Below are positions 54,171 through 64,000 of a stretch of DNA of 64,000 nucleotides, piece after piece. Location: assembly GCA_000004985.1 (NCBI GenBank), contig GG738917.1; one strand, written 5' to 3'. The translations under genes and the position numbers were made by a program. The notes under the pieces are model-generated. The model was given only the letters and a program-made list of their open reading frames with translations, ran no database searches and was not told the origin of the DNA. Position 1 is the first letter of the stretch; every line of letters begins with the position of its first letter. The DNA comes from Naegleria gruberi (taxonomy: Eukaryota).

Positions 54171-56600
54171 TTATTGTTCTGCCTCCAAGTCTGGATTTAA
54201 TTTCAAGAATACTTGTTCTAATGTGGATTGAGTTACTATGAATGATTGCAAACCAATTTCATCCTTCTTTTCTGTTAATTGTTTAAAAAGTGTTGGGAAT
54301 TGTGGCAGTAAATCGTTTGATAGGGTACATTTACATTCATTTCCACTTGATTCAAATTCAAACTTGGTTGGATCTGAAATGAAATTAGAAATAAATTGTT
54401 CAACCTTTCTAATAGATTCACCTCCATCTCTACAAATCATATCAAGACTATAACCAATGCCAAAATGATTTTTCAAATACAAAGGACTTCCAGAAACTTC
54501 TAATTTTCCATTCTTTAAAATATGAATAATATCTGAAATAGCATCAGCTTCTTCCATTTGGTGTGTTGTTAAAAAGATAATTTTACCATTCTTTCTAAAC
54601 TTTTGTAAAATAGTCCAAATTAATTGTCTATTTTGAATGTCCATTCCAGAGGAAACTTCATCTATGAGTAAAATTTCTGGATTACCAATAATTGAAATGG
54701 CAAATGCAAGTTTTCTCTTTTGACCACCACTCAAATCTGATGCAATTTTATATTTAAAATCCATAAATTCTAATTCATTTAGAATTGAATCAATTATTTT
54801 ATCCATATCTTTAAAATTTCTAATAACACCATTTCCATTTAAACTTGTTTTAATAATTGCAAATATTCTTAAATGATCTAAAACTGATAAATTTTGGAAA
54901 ATTAAATCATCTTGAGGACAAATGCCTAATTTAGATCTAATATCATCAATATTAGTGTTAACATTTAAATTATTAATATAAATATTACCATCATTAGGTT
55001 TTAATAAACCAACAATTAAAGAAAATAGAGTTGATTTACCACATCCATTTTTACCTAATAAACAAGTAATTTCACCTTTTTTAATTTCCAAATCAAGTTC
55101 ATTTAAAACTGTTAATATTTCAGTTTTAGGTTTAAATAAATTTAGAATTGAATTTGTTTTGGAAGTATCTTTTTTAAATGTTTTTGTAATTTTTTCAATT
55201 TTAATATTTAATTCAGAATTATTTACATGTTGTTCTTGTTGTGTTATATTTTTAAAAAATTCAAAAATTGATTGATTTTGTCCAAATGTTAATTTATCAA
55301 ATAAAATTGCAATTAAAATATATAAAAATAAATCTAAAAATAAATATCCAATTAATAATCCAAAATTAGTTTGAATTAATTGATTAAATTCATGTTTAGA
55401 AACTAATTCATAAATTAAATCTGAAAATGTAATAGGACTAAATAAATAAACAAAATAACGTAAATAATTAAAAGTATTTTCTGATAAAATTGGTAAAACT
55501 AATCTAAAAATAACCCAAAGTATTTCTAAAAACATGAAAAATAACATTGAAACAAATAATGCTTTCTTTGGATCATTAAACATTGAACCAATAATTAAAA
55601 TTAAAGGAATTCCACTTGATAAATATAATGTTAATAAACTTGCAAATATAAAAATATTTAAATTTTTAAAAATATTTAAAATTAAAATTGAAGTACAAGT
55701 TAAAAACATTAAAATTAAAATTTCAATAAACCAAGACATAAAATAAGATAAAATATAACTAGTATTATTACATCCCATTAAAATCATAAAAGATTTAATT
55801 TTTGATTGTTTTTCTGTTACAATTGTAATTAAATTTGGATTAAAAAAATTTAAAATACTAAAAGAGAATAACATTGCATAGGTTATTGTTATTGTAAATG
55901 ATGAAACTGTTGCTTCTTGTGTATTTGGTAAATTTAATGAATTAATTTTCATTGAATTTAATGTTTTTTTAGTATTTTTAGAATTATAAACTGCCATATT
56001 TGTATATTTTTGTAAATCTAAATAATATTTAAAATCTTGATATTGATTTTGATATAATGAACTTGTTCTATTTGTAAAAATTACACTTTTAGATTTAATA
56101 TTTATAGAAAGTAAATAATTTTTATAATTTTCTAAATATTCTGCATTTGTATTTTCAATATTAAAATTAATTCGAGTTTTGTTTTCCAAAATTGAGAGTA
56201 AATTATTTTTTAAAACATCACTTCCACTATTAGATATGACATAAATAGAATAATCTTTTATATTTTCTTGTTTATCCAATATAATATTATTAATAGTTGA
56301 AATATTTCCGTTGTTTGAAGTTGTAAATAAAAAGTTACTTAAAATCCACAAAATAATTACTAATTGTATTGGAAATGTAAAGGCTGAAATGGTTTGAAAT
56401 GGTTTTTTAACTTTATATTTAATATTTTTATAACATAGAATAATTGTTTGTTGTATTACTGATTGAATAAATAGTTTCAGATAGGATGTTTGATTTGTTT
56501 CATGTAAATTATCATCATCATGATAATGATGAATAGAATCTTGTTGATCATCAATGATGGATGGTGTATCATCCTCTTCCGATAGTTGTTGTTGTTGCAT
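54171..56600 (-). CDS. ABC transporter, ABCA-type half transporter (TMD then NBD)
   Basis: 809 aa. The first TM helix is followed by a ~170-aa extracytosolic loop (an ABCA hallmark), then 5-6 more helices. The NBD has Walker A LLGKNGCGKST, the ABCA-like signature LSGGQKRKLAFAISIIGNPEILLIDEVSSGMD, and the H-loop. Confidence 0.85.
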   Translation of the reverse strand: MQQQQLSEEDDTPSIIDDQQDSIHHYHDDDNLHETNQTSYLKLFIQSVIQQTIILCYKNIKYKVKKPFQTISAFTFPIQLVIILWILSNFLFTTSNNGNISTINNIILDKQENIKDYSIYVISNSGSDVLKNNLLSILENKTRINFNIENTNAEYLENYKNYLLSINIKSKSVIFTNRTSSLYQNQYQDFKYYLDLQKYTNMAVYNSKNTKKTLNSMKINSLNLPNTQEATVSSFTITITYAMLFSFSILNFFNPNLITIVTEKQSKIKSFMILMGCNNTSYILSYFMSWFIEILILMFLTCTSILILNIFKNLNIFIFASLLTLYLSSGIPLILIIGSMFNDPKKALFVSMLFFMFLEILWVIFRLVLPILSENTFNYLRYFVYLFSPITFSDLIYELVSKHEFNQLIQTNFGLLIGYLFLDLFLYILIAILFDKLTFGQNQSIFEFFKNITQQEQHVNNSELNIKIEKITKTFKKDTSKTNSILNLFKPKTEILTVLNELDLEIKKGEITCLLGKNGCGKSTLFSLIVGLLKPNDGNIYINNLNVNTNIDDIRSKLGICPQDDLIFQNLSVLDHLRIFAIIKTSLNGNGVIRNFKDMDKIIDSILNELEFMDFKYKIASDLSGGQKRKLAFAISIIGNPEILLIDEVSSGMDIQNRQLIWTILQKFRKNGKIIFLTTHQMEEADAISDIIHILKNGKLEVSGSPLYLKNHFGIGYSLDMICRDGGESIRKVEQFISNFISDPTKFEFESSGNECKCTLSNDLLPQFPTLFKQLTEKKDEIGLQSFIVTQSTLEQVFLKLNPDLEAEQ

Positions 56601-57081
56601 TTTTTTAATTAGAAGACACTACTCGGTTTCATTAAGAATTATAAACAGTCTGTGTTATTTCAAGATTTTGAAGTGCATTTACACCACGATGCAGACATTG
56701 TATTTAAATTCTGGTTAACATTTTAACCCCACTAATATCACTATTACTAAGTTTCGTCAAGAATAGTTCCAAAACAAGTGTTTGTCTTTTGATTCAAAAT
56801 ATTCATCTATTCTTTAACAACCAAGATTAAGAAATCATAATGAAGAATCCAACCTGATTCTTAGGAGTTGTTAAAAAAAGGCTGGAGTTGGCACGAAGGA
56901 GTCACAATGTTTTTAATTTTAATAAAAAAATTTTTAAAAAACAAATAGCACTCCGACCACTAGCCTATTTTCCCGTTGTGGCCAGAAATTTCATCATCAA
57001 AAATCTCTTTTTCATCATCTTATAAATTTTGTAATAATAATTAAACTCTAGTAATATATAAATATAATTGTACTTTAGAAA

Positions 57082-58284
57082 ATGTTGAAAAGAATTCAAT
57101 CCGGTTCAAATTATGATTCCTCTCCAACTTCACCTACCTATCATTCAAGTGGTGGTAGTAATTCATCATCATCATCATCAGCCTCATCTTCATCAAATAA
57201 TAGAGATAAACAACAAGAACAATTTAGAAAAATTCTATCAGTTTTAATTAAAAAACCAGGAAATGGAGAATGTGCTGATTGTACAGAAGCAAGACCTGTT
57301 TGGTGTAGTGCTACTTTTGGTACATTTATTTGTTTGAGATGTGCTGGTATTCATCGTTCATTAGGATCACACATTTCATTTGTTAGATCTGCTGAAATGG
57401 ACAAGTGGGATGAAAAACATGTTAAAATTATGCAATTAATGGGAAATGAAAGAGCAAAACAATATTTTGAATGTAATTTACCAGAAGATAAAAAGAAACC
57501 AGCACGTATAGATTCTACTCAAGTTGTTGAACAATATATCAAGGAGAAATATGTTAATTTGAAATATGTCCCTAAAAAAGAAGATGGTAAAAAGATGACT
57601 TTTAAGGAATTTTTGGAATTGGCAAAACAACATGATGAACCTAATGAAGATGACACTCTTCCACAACAAAAGAAAAAGAAGGAAAAATCTGAAAAATCTG
57701 AAAAGAGTGAAAAGACAACTGTAAAGAAAAAGAAAGTTAAGAAAGTTGTTGCAGATGAATCATCATCATCACCAACAACAACCACTTCAAAGAAGAAGAC
57801 TGAAACAACAGTTGAAGATTTAATTGGAATTACAACCTTGTCACCATCAAGTACACAAAACTTGACAAGCATTGATGATTTTATGAGTGATATTATTTCA
57901 CCAATTACACCTTCAATGAATGAAATTCCAACACCTGTCTCTGCAACTGATAATACTCTTCTTGGATTTTTAAGTGACAAGTTTTCATTAATTGATTTGG
58001 GTTCATCCAATGCTGGTACTACTAAGGGTTCTGCCTCTCCAACTGTTTCACCAAACGTTGTTAGTAATAATACCAGCTCTACAATAACTGAAACAACAGC
58101 TCCAAAGAAAAAGACAGTCAAGAAGAGTGTTAAACCAATCAAGACTAAGAAACAAGAATCATCTGATAATGAAGATGAAGATTCTGCTGATGAATATGAT
58201 GCAATTTTCCAAAAGACAACCACTCAAAAAGCAGCTTCTCAAGATGAAAAGAAGAATGCCATCTTGGATTTGTGGGGACATTAA
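57082..58284 (+). CDS. ArfGAP domain protein (SMAP/AGFG-like) with low-complexity C-terminus
   Basis: C4 zinc finger with Arg finger: CADCTEARPVWCSATFGTFICLRCAGIHRSLGSHISFVRSAEMDKWDEK. The antisense ORF 57519-58223 is a low-complexity artefact. Confidence 0.85.
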   Translation: MLKRIQSGSNYDSSPTSPTYHSSGGSNSSSSSSASSSSNNRDKQQEQFRKILSVLIKKPGNGECADCTEARPVWCSATFGTFICLRCAGIHRSLGSHISFVRSAEMDKWDEKHVKIMQLMGNERAKQYFECNLPEDKKKPARIDSTQVVEQYIKEKYVNLKYVPKKEDGKKMTFKEFLELAKQHDEPNEDDTLPQQKKKKEKSEKSEKSEKTTVKKKKVKKVVADESSSSPTTTTSKKKTETTVEDLIGITTLSPSSTQNLTSIDDFMSDIISPITPSMNEIPTPVSATDNTLLGFLSDKFSLIDLGSSNAGTTKGSASPTVSPNVVSNNTSSTITETTAPKKKTVKKSVKPIKTKKQESSDNEDEDSADEYDAIFQKTTTQKAASQDEKKNAILDLWGH

Positions 58285-58460
58285 CTCTGTGTGCTATCCA
58301 ATTAGTAAAATTTATCGTGTCCGTTCATTCCTTTCATCAAACAATTTTATTATCAAAAAAAACAACGAAACATAATAACAGTAGTTAATTCTCATCATTA
58401 TCACTATATTTAATCATCATTATCATTATATTTAATTTATTATATACATTTATTAAAATC

Positions 58461-60087
58461 ATGATTGAAATATCATCACGTTATCCACTCAATCATATCA
58501 AGACACTTCTCGTCAATTCATCCACAACAACAAATTTATCATCACAAGAATTAAATCAATTAATTAATAATATTAATAATAATCTTTATTCCGATCATCA
58601 ATCTTCTTCATCCTCACAAAATAATAATTCTTTCCATATTGATAATAATTCTAATAATATAAATAATTCTAATATAAATATAAATAATAATATAAATATA
58701 AATAATGAAATAATACAAATAAATAATTANNNNNNNNNNNNNNNNNNNNNNNNNNNNNNNNNNNNNNNNNNNNNNNNNNNNNNNNNNNNNNNNNNNNNNN
58801 NNNNNNNNNNNNNNNNNNNNNNNNNNNNNNNNNNNNNNNNNNNNNNNNNNNNNNNNNNNNNNNNNNNNNNNNNNNNNNNNNNNNNNNNNNNNNNNNNNNN
58901 NNNNNNNNNNNNNNNNNNNNNNNNNNNNNNNNNNNNNNNNNNNNNNNNNNNNNNNNNNNNNNNNNNNNNNNNNNNNNNNNNNNNNNNNNNNNNNNNNNNN
59001 NNNNNNNNNNNNNNNNNNNNNNNNNNNNNNNNNNNNNNNNNNNNNNNNNNNNNNNNNNNNNNNNNNNNNNNNNNNNNNNNNNNNNNNNNNNNNNNNNNNN
59101 NNNNNNNNNNNNNNNNNNNNNNNNNNNNNNNNNNNNNNNNNNNNNNNNNNNNNNNNNNNNNNNNNNNNNNNNNNNNNNNNNNNNNNNNNNNNNNNNNNNN
59201 NNNNNNNNNNNNNNNNNNNNNNNNNNNNNNNNNNNNNNNNNNNNNNNNNNNNNNNNNNNNNNNNNNNNNNNNNNNNNNNNNNNNNNNNNNNNNNNNNNNN
59301 NNNNNNNNNNNNNNNNNNNNNNNNNNNNNNNNNNNNNNNNNNNNNNNNNNNNNNNNNNNNNNNNNNNNNNNNNNNNNNNNNNNNNNNNNNNNNNNNNNNN
59401 NNNNNNNNNNNNNNNNNNNNNNNNNNNNNNNNNNNNNNNNNNNNNNNNNNNNNNNNNNNNNNNNNNNNNNNNNNNNNNNNNNNNNNNNNNNNNNNNNNNN
59501 NNNNNNNNNNNNNNNNNNNNNNNNNNNNNNNNNNNNNNNNNNNNNNNNNNNNNNNNNNNNNNNNNNNNNNNNNNNNNNNNNNNNNNNNNNNNNNNNNNNN
59601 NNNNNNNNNNNNNNNNNNNNNNNNNNNNNNNNNNNNNNNNNNNNNNNNNNNNNNNNNNNNNNNNNNNNNNNNNNNNNNNNNNNNNNNNNNNNNNNNNNNN
59701 NNNNNNNNNNNNNNNNNNNNNNNNNNNNNNNNNNNNNNNNNNNNNNNNNNNNNNNNNNNNNNNNNNNNNNNNNNNNNNNNNNNNNNNNNNNNNNNNNNNN
59801 NNNNNNNNNNNNNNNNNNNNNNNNNNTGTTATGGTAAATTATTTATTTGGAATGTACATACTAAACAATTATGTGCCATTTTAAATGATCATTCAGAACA
59901 TGCCTATATTAGAAATACACTTGTTATTAATCAATTTGATAATATGAATAATACTAATAATAATTGTAATGGATTTTATTTATTTACAAGTGGAGATGAT
60001 AGTATTACTAATATTTATGAAACAACAATTAATAATAATAATAATAACTTATCAACCCAAAGATTGGATCAAGTTTATAATAATTAA
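58461..60087 (+). CDS. Asn-rich protein with C-terminal WD-repeat-like segment, spanning the 1.1-kb assembly gap (internal sequence unknown)
   Basis: The 5' part has ATG 58461 and N/S-rich sequence up to the gap. The 3' part (59827-60087) encodes ..CYGKLFIWNVHTKQLCAILNDHSEH..GFYLFTSGDDSITNIY.. and ends at TAA 60085-60087. The ORF-track entry 58461-59837 is an artefact of translating N. Confidence 0.4.
58620..58729. repeat. AT-rich low-complexity (AAT/ATA)n tract abutting the large gap
   Basis: Runs of aataat/ataaat immediately before the N run. This likely caused the assembly break. Confidence 0.5.
58730..59826. other. Assembly gap (1097 N)
   Basis: Run of N. Confidence 0.99.
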
Positions 60088-60355
60088 TAATAATAACATG
60101 ACCCTTACATCTTCAAGAAAGAAATAAAGCCTTTCTTTTTTTTTAACATCATTGAAGCATTCTATGATTATTACATATCGGATCATGAAACATCATCCTC
60201 TTCAAAATATAAACAATTGTAATATTACCGAACATTATCACTTCATCAAATAATTAAATTGTTATTTGATGATAATTTTGATGGTGCAATAAAATTTTTG
60301 AAATTTTGCTCTTTGAAAAAAAAAACAACAAACCACTCCTACACAACTTTAAAAA

Positions 60356-61755
60356 TGCTCACTGATACTGCATTTGAAAAATTATATCAATCTGGTAATG
60401 ATGCTTCATCAACATCAAATGTTATTTCATCCATCTCTTGGGTACCTAAAGGTGCTTTTAAATTAATTCCAACAATTTTAGCAGATTCCATGACAGAACC
60501 ACCAAAAGATCCAAAGGAACAACAAGATGATGATGATGAAGATAATGAAATGGAAGATTCTGAAATGAATGATGATGAACAAGTAGAAGAAGAAGAAACA
60601 AGTAAAATTGGAGGATTGGAAGAAATTTCACTTGAAGAATTATTATATAAATCAGTTGGAGGTAAAAATTTAACCATGTATGAAAATAATGAACAAGATC
60701 CATATTTAAAAGGACGAGGATTGAGTGATTCAAGTGAAGAAGAAGATTTTGAATTAAAAGCAACAGATTTACCACTTGTTGCTATTCATAATGAAGAAGA
60801 TGGATTAACAACACTTCAAGTTTGGATTTATGAACAAGAAGAAGATAATTTATTTATGCATCATGATTTATTATTAGGAAATTATGGTCTTTGTACACAT
60901 TGGTTAAATTTATCATCAATTTCACAACCATCAAATTGTATTGCAATTGGTACATTTGAACCACAAATTGAAATTTGGGATTTAGATATTGTTGATCCAA
61001 TTGAACCTGTTATGATTTTAGGAAATGAAACTGATTCTAAAAAGAAGAAATCACAATCAATGGGACATAAGGGTGCAATTTTATCAATGTCATTCCGTTC
61101 TTCTGATTCAAAATTAGCTTCTGGAAGTGATGATAAATCAATTGTTATTTGGGATTTATCAAATCAAAAACCTTTTTATCAAGTTAAAGGTGCAGGTGCT
61201 TCTCCAATTCAATCAGTTCAATTCCATCATACTGAACAAAATATTTTATTAGCATGTCCAATTTCTGATCATGTTTGTAAAGTTTTTGATGCAAAACAAC
61301 AAAATTCAAAACCAAAATCATTTAATTTGCAAAAATTCAATAATGTATTCCCTGATATTGAATCTGCTATTTGGAATCCAAATAATCCTTATGAATTTGT
61401 TTGTGCACAAGATAATGGTTTTATTACTTGTTTTGATATTAGAAATGAAAAGACTCCAGTTTACAATATCAATGCTCATTCAGGTGCTTCATGTAGTTCA
61501 ATTTCATTCTCCAATTTGAAATCAAATTTAATGGCTTCTGTTGGTTCAGATTCCTGTGTTAGATTGTGGAATACAAAGACATCAACTCCTGAATTAGTTT
61601 ACACAAAGAATGTAAAGAAGAGTATGTCTGATATTTATAGTTGTGCTTTTGCTCCTTCAACCCTCAATGATGATATCATTTTAGCTTATGGTGGTTCAGG
61701 AGGAAATTTGAGTGTTTTGAATATTTCTCTATTGACTTCCCAATCATACAACTGA
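60356..61755 (+). CDS. PWP1: Periodic tryptophan protein 1 (PWP1)-like WD40 protein
   Basis: ATG at 60356 (the ORF-track start at 60259 is a TTG). Acidic N-terminal region, then blocks matching PWP1: LFMHHDLLLGNYGLCTHWLN; NCIAIGTFEPQIEIWDLDIVDPIEPVMILG; KKKKSQSMGHKGAILSMSF; SGSDDKSIVIWDLS. Confidence 0.8.
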
Positions 61756-61886
61756 ATCATCTTCAACACCATCTCAATAAATCATTACCTTATTTAAATT
61801 ACTAAATCATTGTAAGGGAGGCGAAAGTAATAAATTCAGAATCAATTCATTTGTATCTAAAGTTAAAAAACAACTGCAAAAAGTCA

Positions 61887-61958
61887 TAGCAAATCTAGGT
61901 TTCGATCCTAGGACCTATGGGTTATGAGCCCATCGCGCTTCCGCTGCGCCAATTTGCT
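61887..61958 (-). tRNA. Initiator tRNA-Met (anticodon CAU)
   Basis: Minus-strand reading: AGCAAATTGGCGCAGCGGAAGCGCGATGGGCTCATAACCCATAGGTCCTAGGATCGAAACCTAGATTTGCT + A. It has A1:U72, three G-C pairs in the anticodon stem, and the GATCGAAACC T-loop (A54/A60), all typical of eukaryotic initiator tRNA. Confidence 0.85.
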
Positions 61959-62100
61959 TTACGATTATGTTTTTCAAAAAAAATTTATTTCGCTGGTTAC
62001 ATCTTGTAATTATCTGGCATCATTAAAGGTTTTATAGGGTTCATAATGTAATAATTTAAACTTAATATAAGTACAAATAGGATTATACCGAAGGAGCTAA

Positions 62101-62383
62101 NNNNNNNNNNNNNNNNNNNNNNNNNNNNNNNNNNNNNNNNNNNNNNNNNNNNNNNNNNNNNNNNNNNNNNNNNNNNNNNNNNNNNNNNNNNNNNNNNNNN
62201 NNNNNNNNNNNNNNNNNNNNNNNNNNNNNNNNNNNNNNNNNNNNNNNNNNNNNNNNNNNNNNNNNNNNNNNNNNNNNNNNNNNNNNNNNNNNNNNNNNNN
62301 NNNNNNNNNNNNNNNNNNNNNNNNNNNNNNNNNNNNNNNNNNNNNNNNNNNNNNNNNNNNNNNNNNNNNNNNNNNNNNNNNNN
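62101..62383. other. Assembly gap (283 N)
   Basis: Run of N. Confidence 0.99.
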
Positions 62384-62795
62384 AAATAAATAGGAGAGAT
62401 TTGAAATCTAGAATTAAATAATAATATACATATCAAAAGTTGCAACCCTTAAATAAATCCTTAATTAAATAAATTGTTTATTTTTAATACTCTAACAAAG
62501 TTCCAGACAACAATAGAATAAGATCTTATTATTGTTGAGGTACAAGTATCTAATAATTTATGGTAGGAGTGGAAAATCTCTGTTCGATTTTACAAGTTTT
62601 TCAATTTTATTGTGGAATGCATGTCGGGTCGGGACTGAGAAGAAATGGATTTAATCGGAAGAGGGAAGAAGGAAGAGGAAATTACTATAGGAGAGTTATC
62701 TTGGATATCTAACAAAAGTGTTTGCTGATTAAAATTTGTTTTGCGTAACGCTGTGGTAGAGGTGGATATTGTTATTACATATTGTTCACATTAAT

Positions 62796-64000
62796 CTATT
62801 CAAAAAGACCATCTGATTCCCATATTTCAAGTAAAATTTGAATCATATCATTTAGAGGAATAGGTTTTTGAAAAGCAGGTTTTTTAGGATTGACTAAATG
62901 TTCAACAATTGAATCAACATCCGAAGGTTGACTTGATGGATCTCTAATAATTGTTTGTTTATCTGATGCAAATGCTCCGGTTACCCAAGCATTTCTGATG
63001 GCTTTCCATCTTTCATAACCAACACCTAATTCAGGTGCCACAGAATCATACCTTGTCATTGGATCATTTGGATCATTACCACTGCTTTTATAATCAGCAT
63101 GTTGTTGACCATTAATATTTGTGGACATGATAAAAGATGAAATATGAGGTGGAGGTGATGATTGATAATGTTGTTGTTGTAACAATTGATTCGGAGATAA
63201 ATATTCAATCTTTTGTCCACTCGTGGATGAATGTAAAGATGAGGATTGGCAAGTTGAGTTGCTGTTAATTAACTCTGAGGAATTTTGTTGAATATTTTTT
63301 GAATTGTTTTTCTTGTTTTGTTGTCTTGTTGTTGTTTGAAGGTTCGCAGCAGTATTCGAGTTGTTTGGATGATGATGATGAGTATGACCAGTAGTAGTAG
63401 CAGCACCCATCATTATACCACCGACAAGACCACCACTCACTGTTTGTAGTGATGGTACGGATGTGGTTGGATTGATTATTCCACCTATTGTTGTAGCTTC
63501 TCCACCACTGCCACTACTTGTACTCTGTCGACGGAAGAGATTAGTATTATTACTTTGTGTTGTTGTGTGTGATTCATCTTCGTTAAATCTTGGTATTGGA
63601 GTGGCATCTTCTTCCTCATCTCTTCTCTTTCTTCTTCCATCTTCATCTGAACTTGAATATTGAACAGATTGTAAATTATTGTTATTTGAAGATAATTCAT
63701 CATCACCACTTTCATGATGATTATTAGTATCTTCTTGAATATTGGAAGTGTTAACAAATAAACGATGAGTCTTTCTAGTTGAAGAATTATTATTATTACT
63801 ATAATTATTTGTTGTTATTGTATTATTATGCTCATCATCCATAGTAAGATTAGATTCATCAGAAGAACTATATATATTGTATTTTCTTCTTCTCAGAGAA
63901 TGATTAATTGTAGGAAGGTTATGATGAAATTCCTCACCTATTGAAGCATCTCTTAAAATACCACCTTCTCCTATAAAGTAATCACCAATTGTGTTATCTT
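62796..64000 (-). CDS. Hypothetical N/S/T/H-rich protein, 5'-partial (ORF open to window end), with a conserved-looking C-terminal block (YERWKAIRNAWVTGAF..IVEHLVNPKKPAFQKPIPLNDMIQILLEIWESDGLFE)
   Basis: The minus-strand frame is open from the window edge through the ORF-track Met at 63842 to TAA at 62796-62798. No domain recognised. Confidence 0.45.
   Translation of the reverse strand, partial: DNTIGDYFIGEGGILRDASIGEEFHHNLPTINHSLRRRKYNIYSSSDESNLTMDDEHNNTITTNNYSNNNNSSTRKTHRLFVNTSNIQEDTNNHHESGDDELSSNNNNLQSVQYSSSDEDGRRKRRDEEEDATPIPRFNEDESHTTTQSNNTNLFRRQSTSSGSGGEATTIGGIINPTTSVPSLQTVSGGLVGGIMMGAATTTGHTHHHHPNNSNTAANLQTTTRQQNKKNNSKNIQQNSSELINSNSTCQSSSLHSSTSGQKIEYLSPNQLLQQQHYQSSPPPHISSFIMSTNINGQQHADYKSSGNDPNDPMTRYDSVAPELGVGYERWKAIRNAWVTGAFASDKQTIIRDPSSQPSDVDSIVEHLVNPKKPAFQKPIPLNDMIQILLEIWESDGLFE

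Noticed and set aside
57519-58223. 234-aa minus ORF antisense to the ArfGAP gene tail
   Set aside because: Low-complexity Ser/Val/Phe-rich artefact opposite the Lys/Ser/Thr-rich ArfGAP C-terminus.
1-64000. Prokaryotic-style systems (CRISPR arrays, defence islands, operons, integrons)
   Set aside because: No direct-repeat/spacer arrays and no Shine-Dalgarno-linked operon structure. Genes have spliceosomal introns and eukaryotic nuclear tRNAs. The window is eukaryotic chromosomal DNA.

Overview
This window is a compact, AT-rich (roughly two-thirds A+T) eukaryotic nuclear scaffold segment, not a prokaryotic locus. Evidence: spliceosomal introns of 41-180 nt with GTAAGT/GTATGT/GTACGT donors and YAG acceptors; nuclear-type tRNAs including a eukaryotic initiator tRNA-Met; a cohesin SMC3 gene; ribosomal protein L11; and N/S/Q-rich low-complexity inserts in many proteins. 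There are five runs of N (50, 50, 50, 1097 and 283 nt), which are assembly gaps. I call about 35 protein-coding genes, mostly single-exon or with 1-2 tiny introns. Many supplied ORFs are fragments of spliced genes and I joined them by hand. There are 5 tRNA genes: Glu-UUC, then a Gly-GCC/Ser-AGA/Asn-GUU cluster, then initiator Met on the minus strand. Confident assignments: SMC3, acylaminoacyl-peptidase (APEH-like S9), PhzF/PBLD-like, RPL11 (uL5), a deoxynucleoside kinase, a Doa10/TEB4/MARCH6-type RING-CH E3 ligase, an ABCA-type half transporter, an ArfGAP, PWP1, and a Yop1/REEP/HVA22 family protein. I found no CRISPR or obvious transposon. Unusual content: a hyper-cationic Lys/Cys-rich secreted repeat protein; a kinesin-like gene whose ATPase motifs are all degenerate; a tandem pseudokinase-kinase-SAM gene; two receptor-like 7TM-RGS genes, each broken by an in-frame TAA; a giant (~3500 aa) Kelch-TPR-GRAM protein; E2F-like motifs upstream of SMC3; and a tandem repeat flanking an assembly gap. 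The gene mix (dNK, APEH, ABCA, 7TM-RGS alongside few introns) suggests an amoebozoan or other protist rather than a yeast. I cannot name the species from sequence alone.
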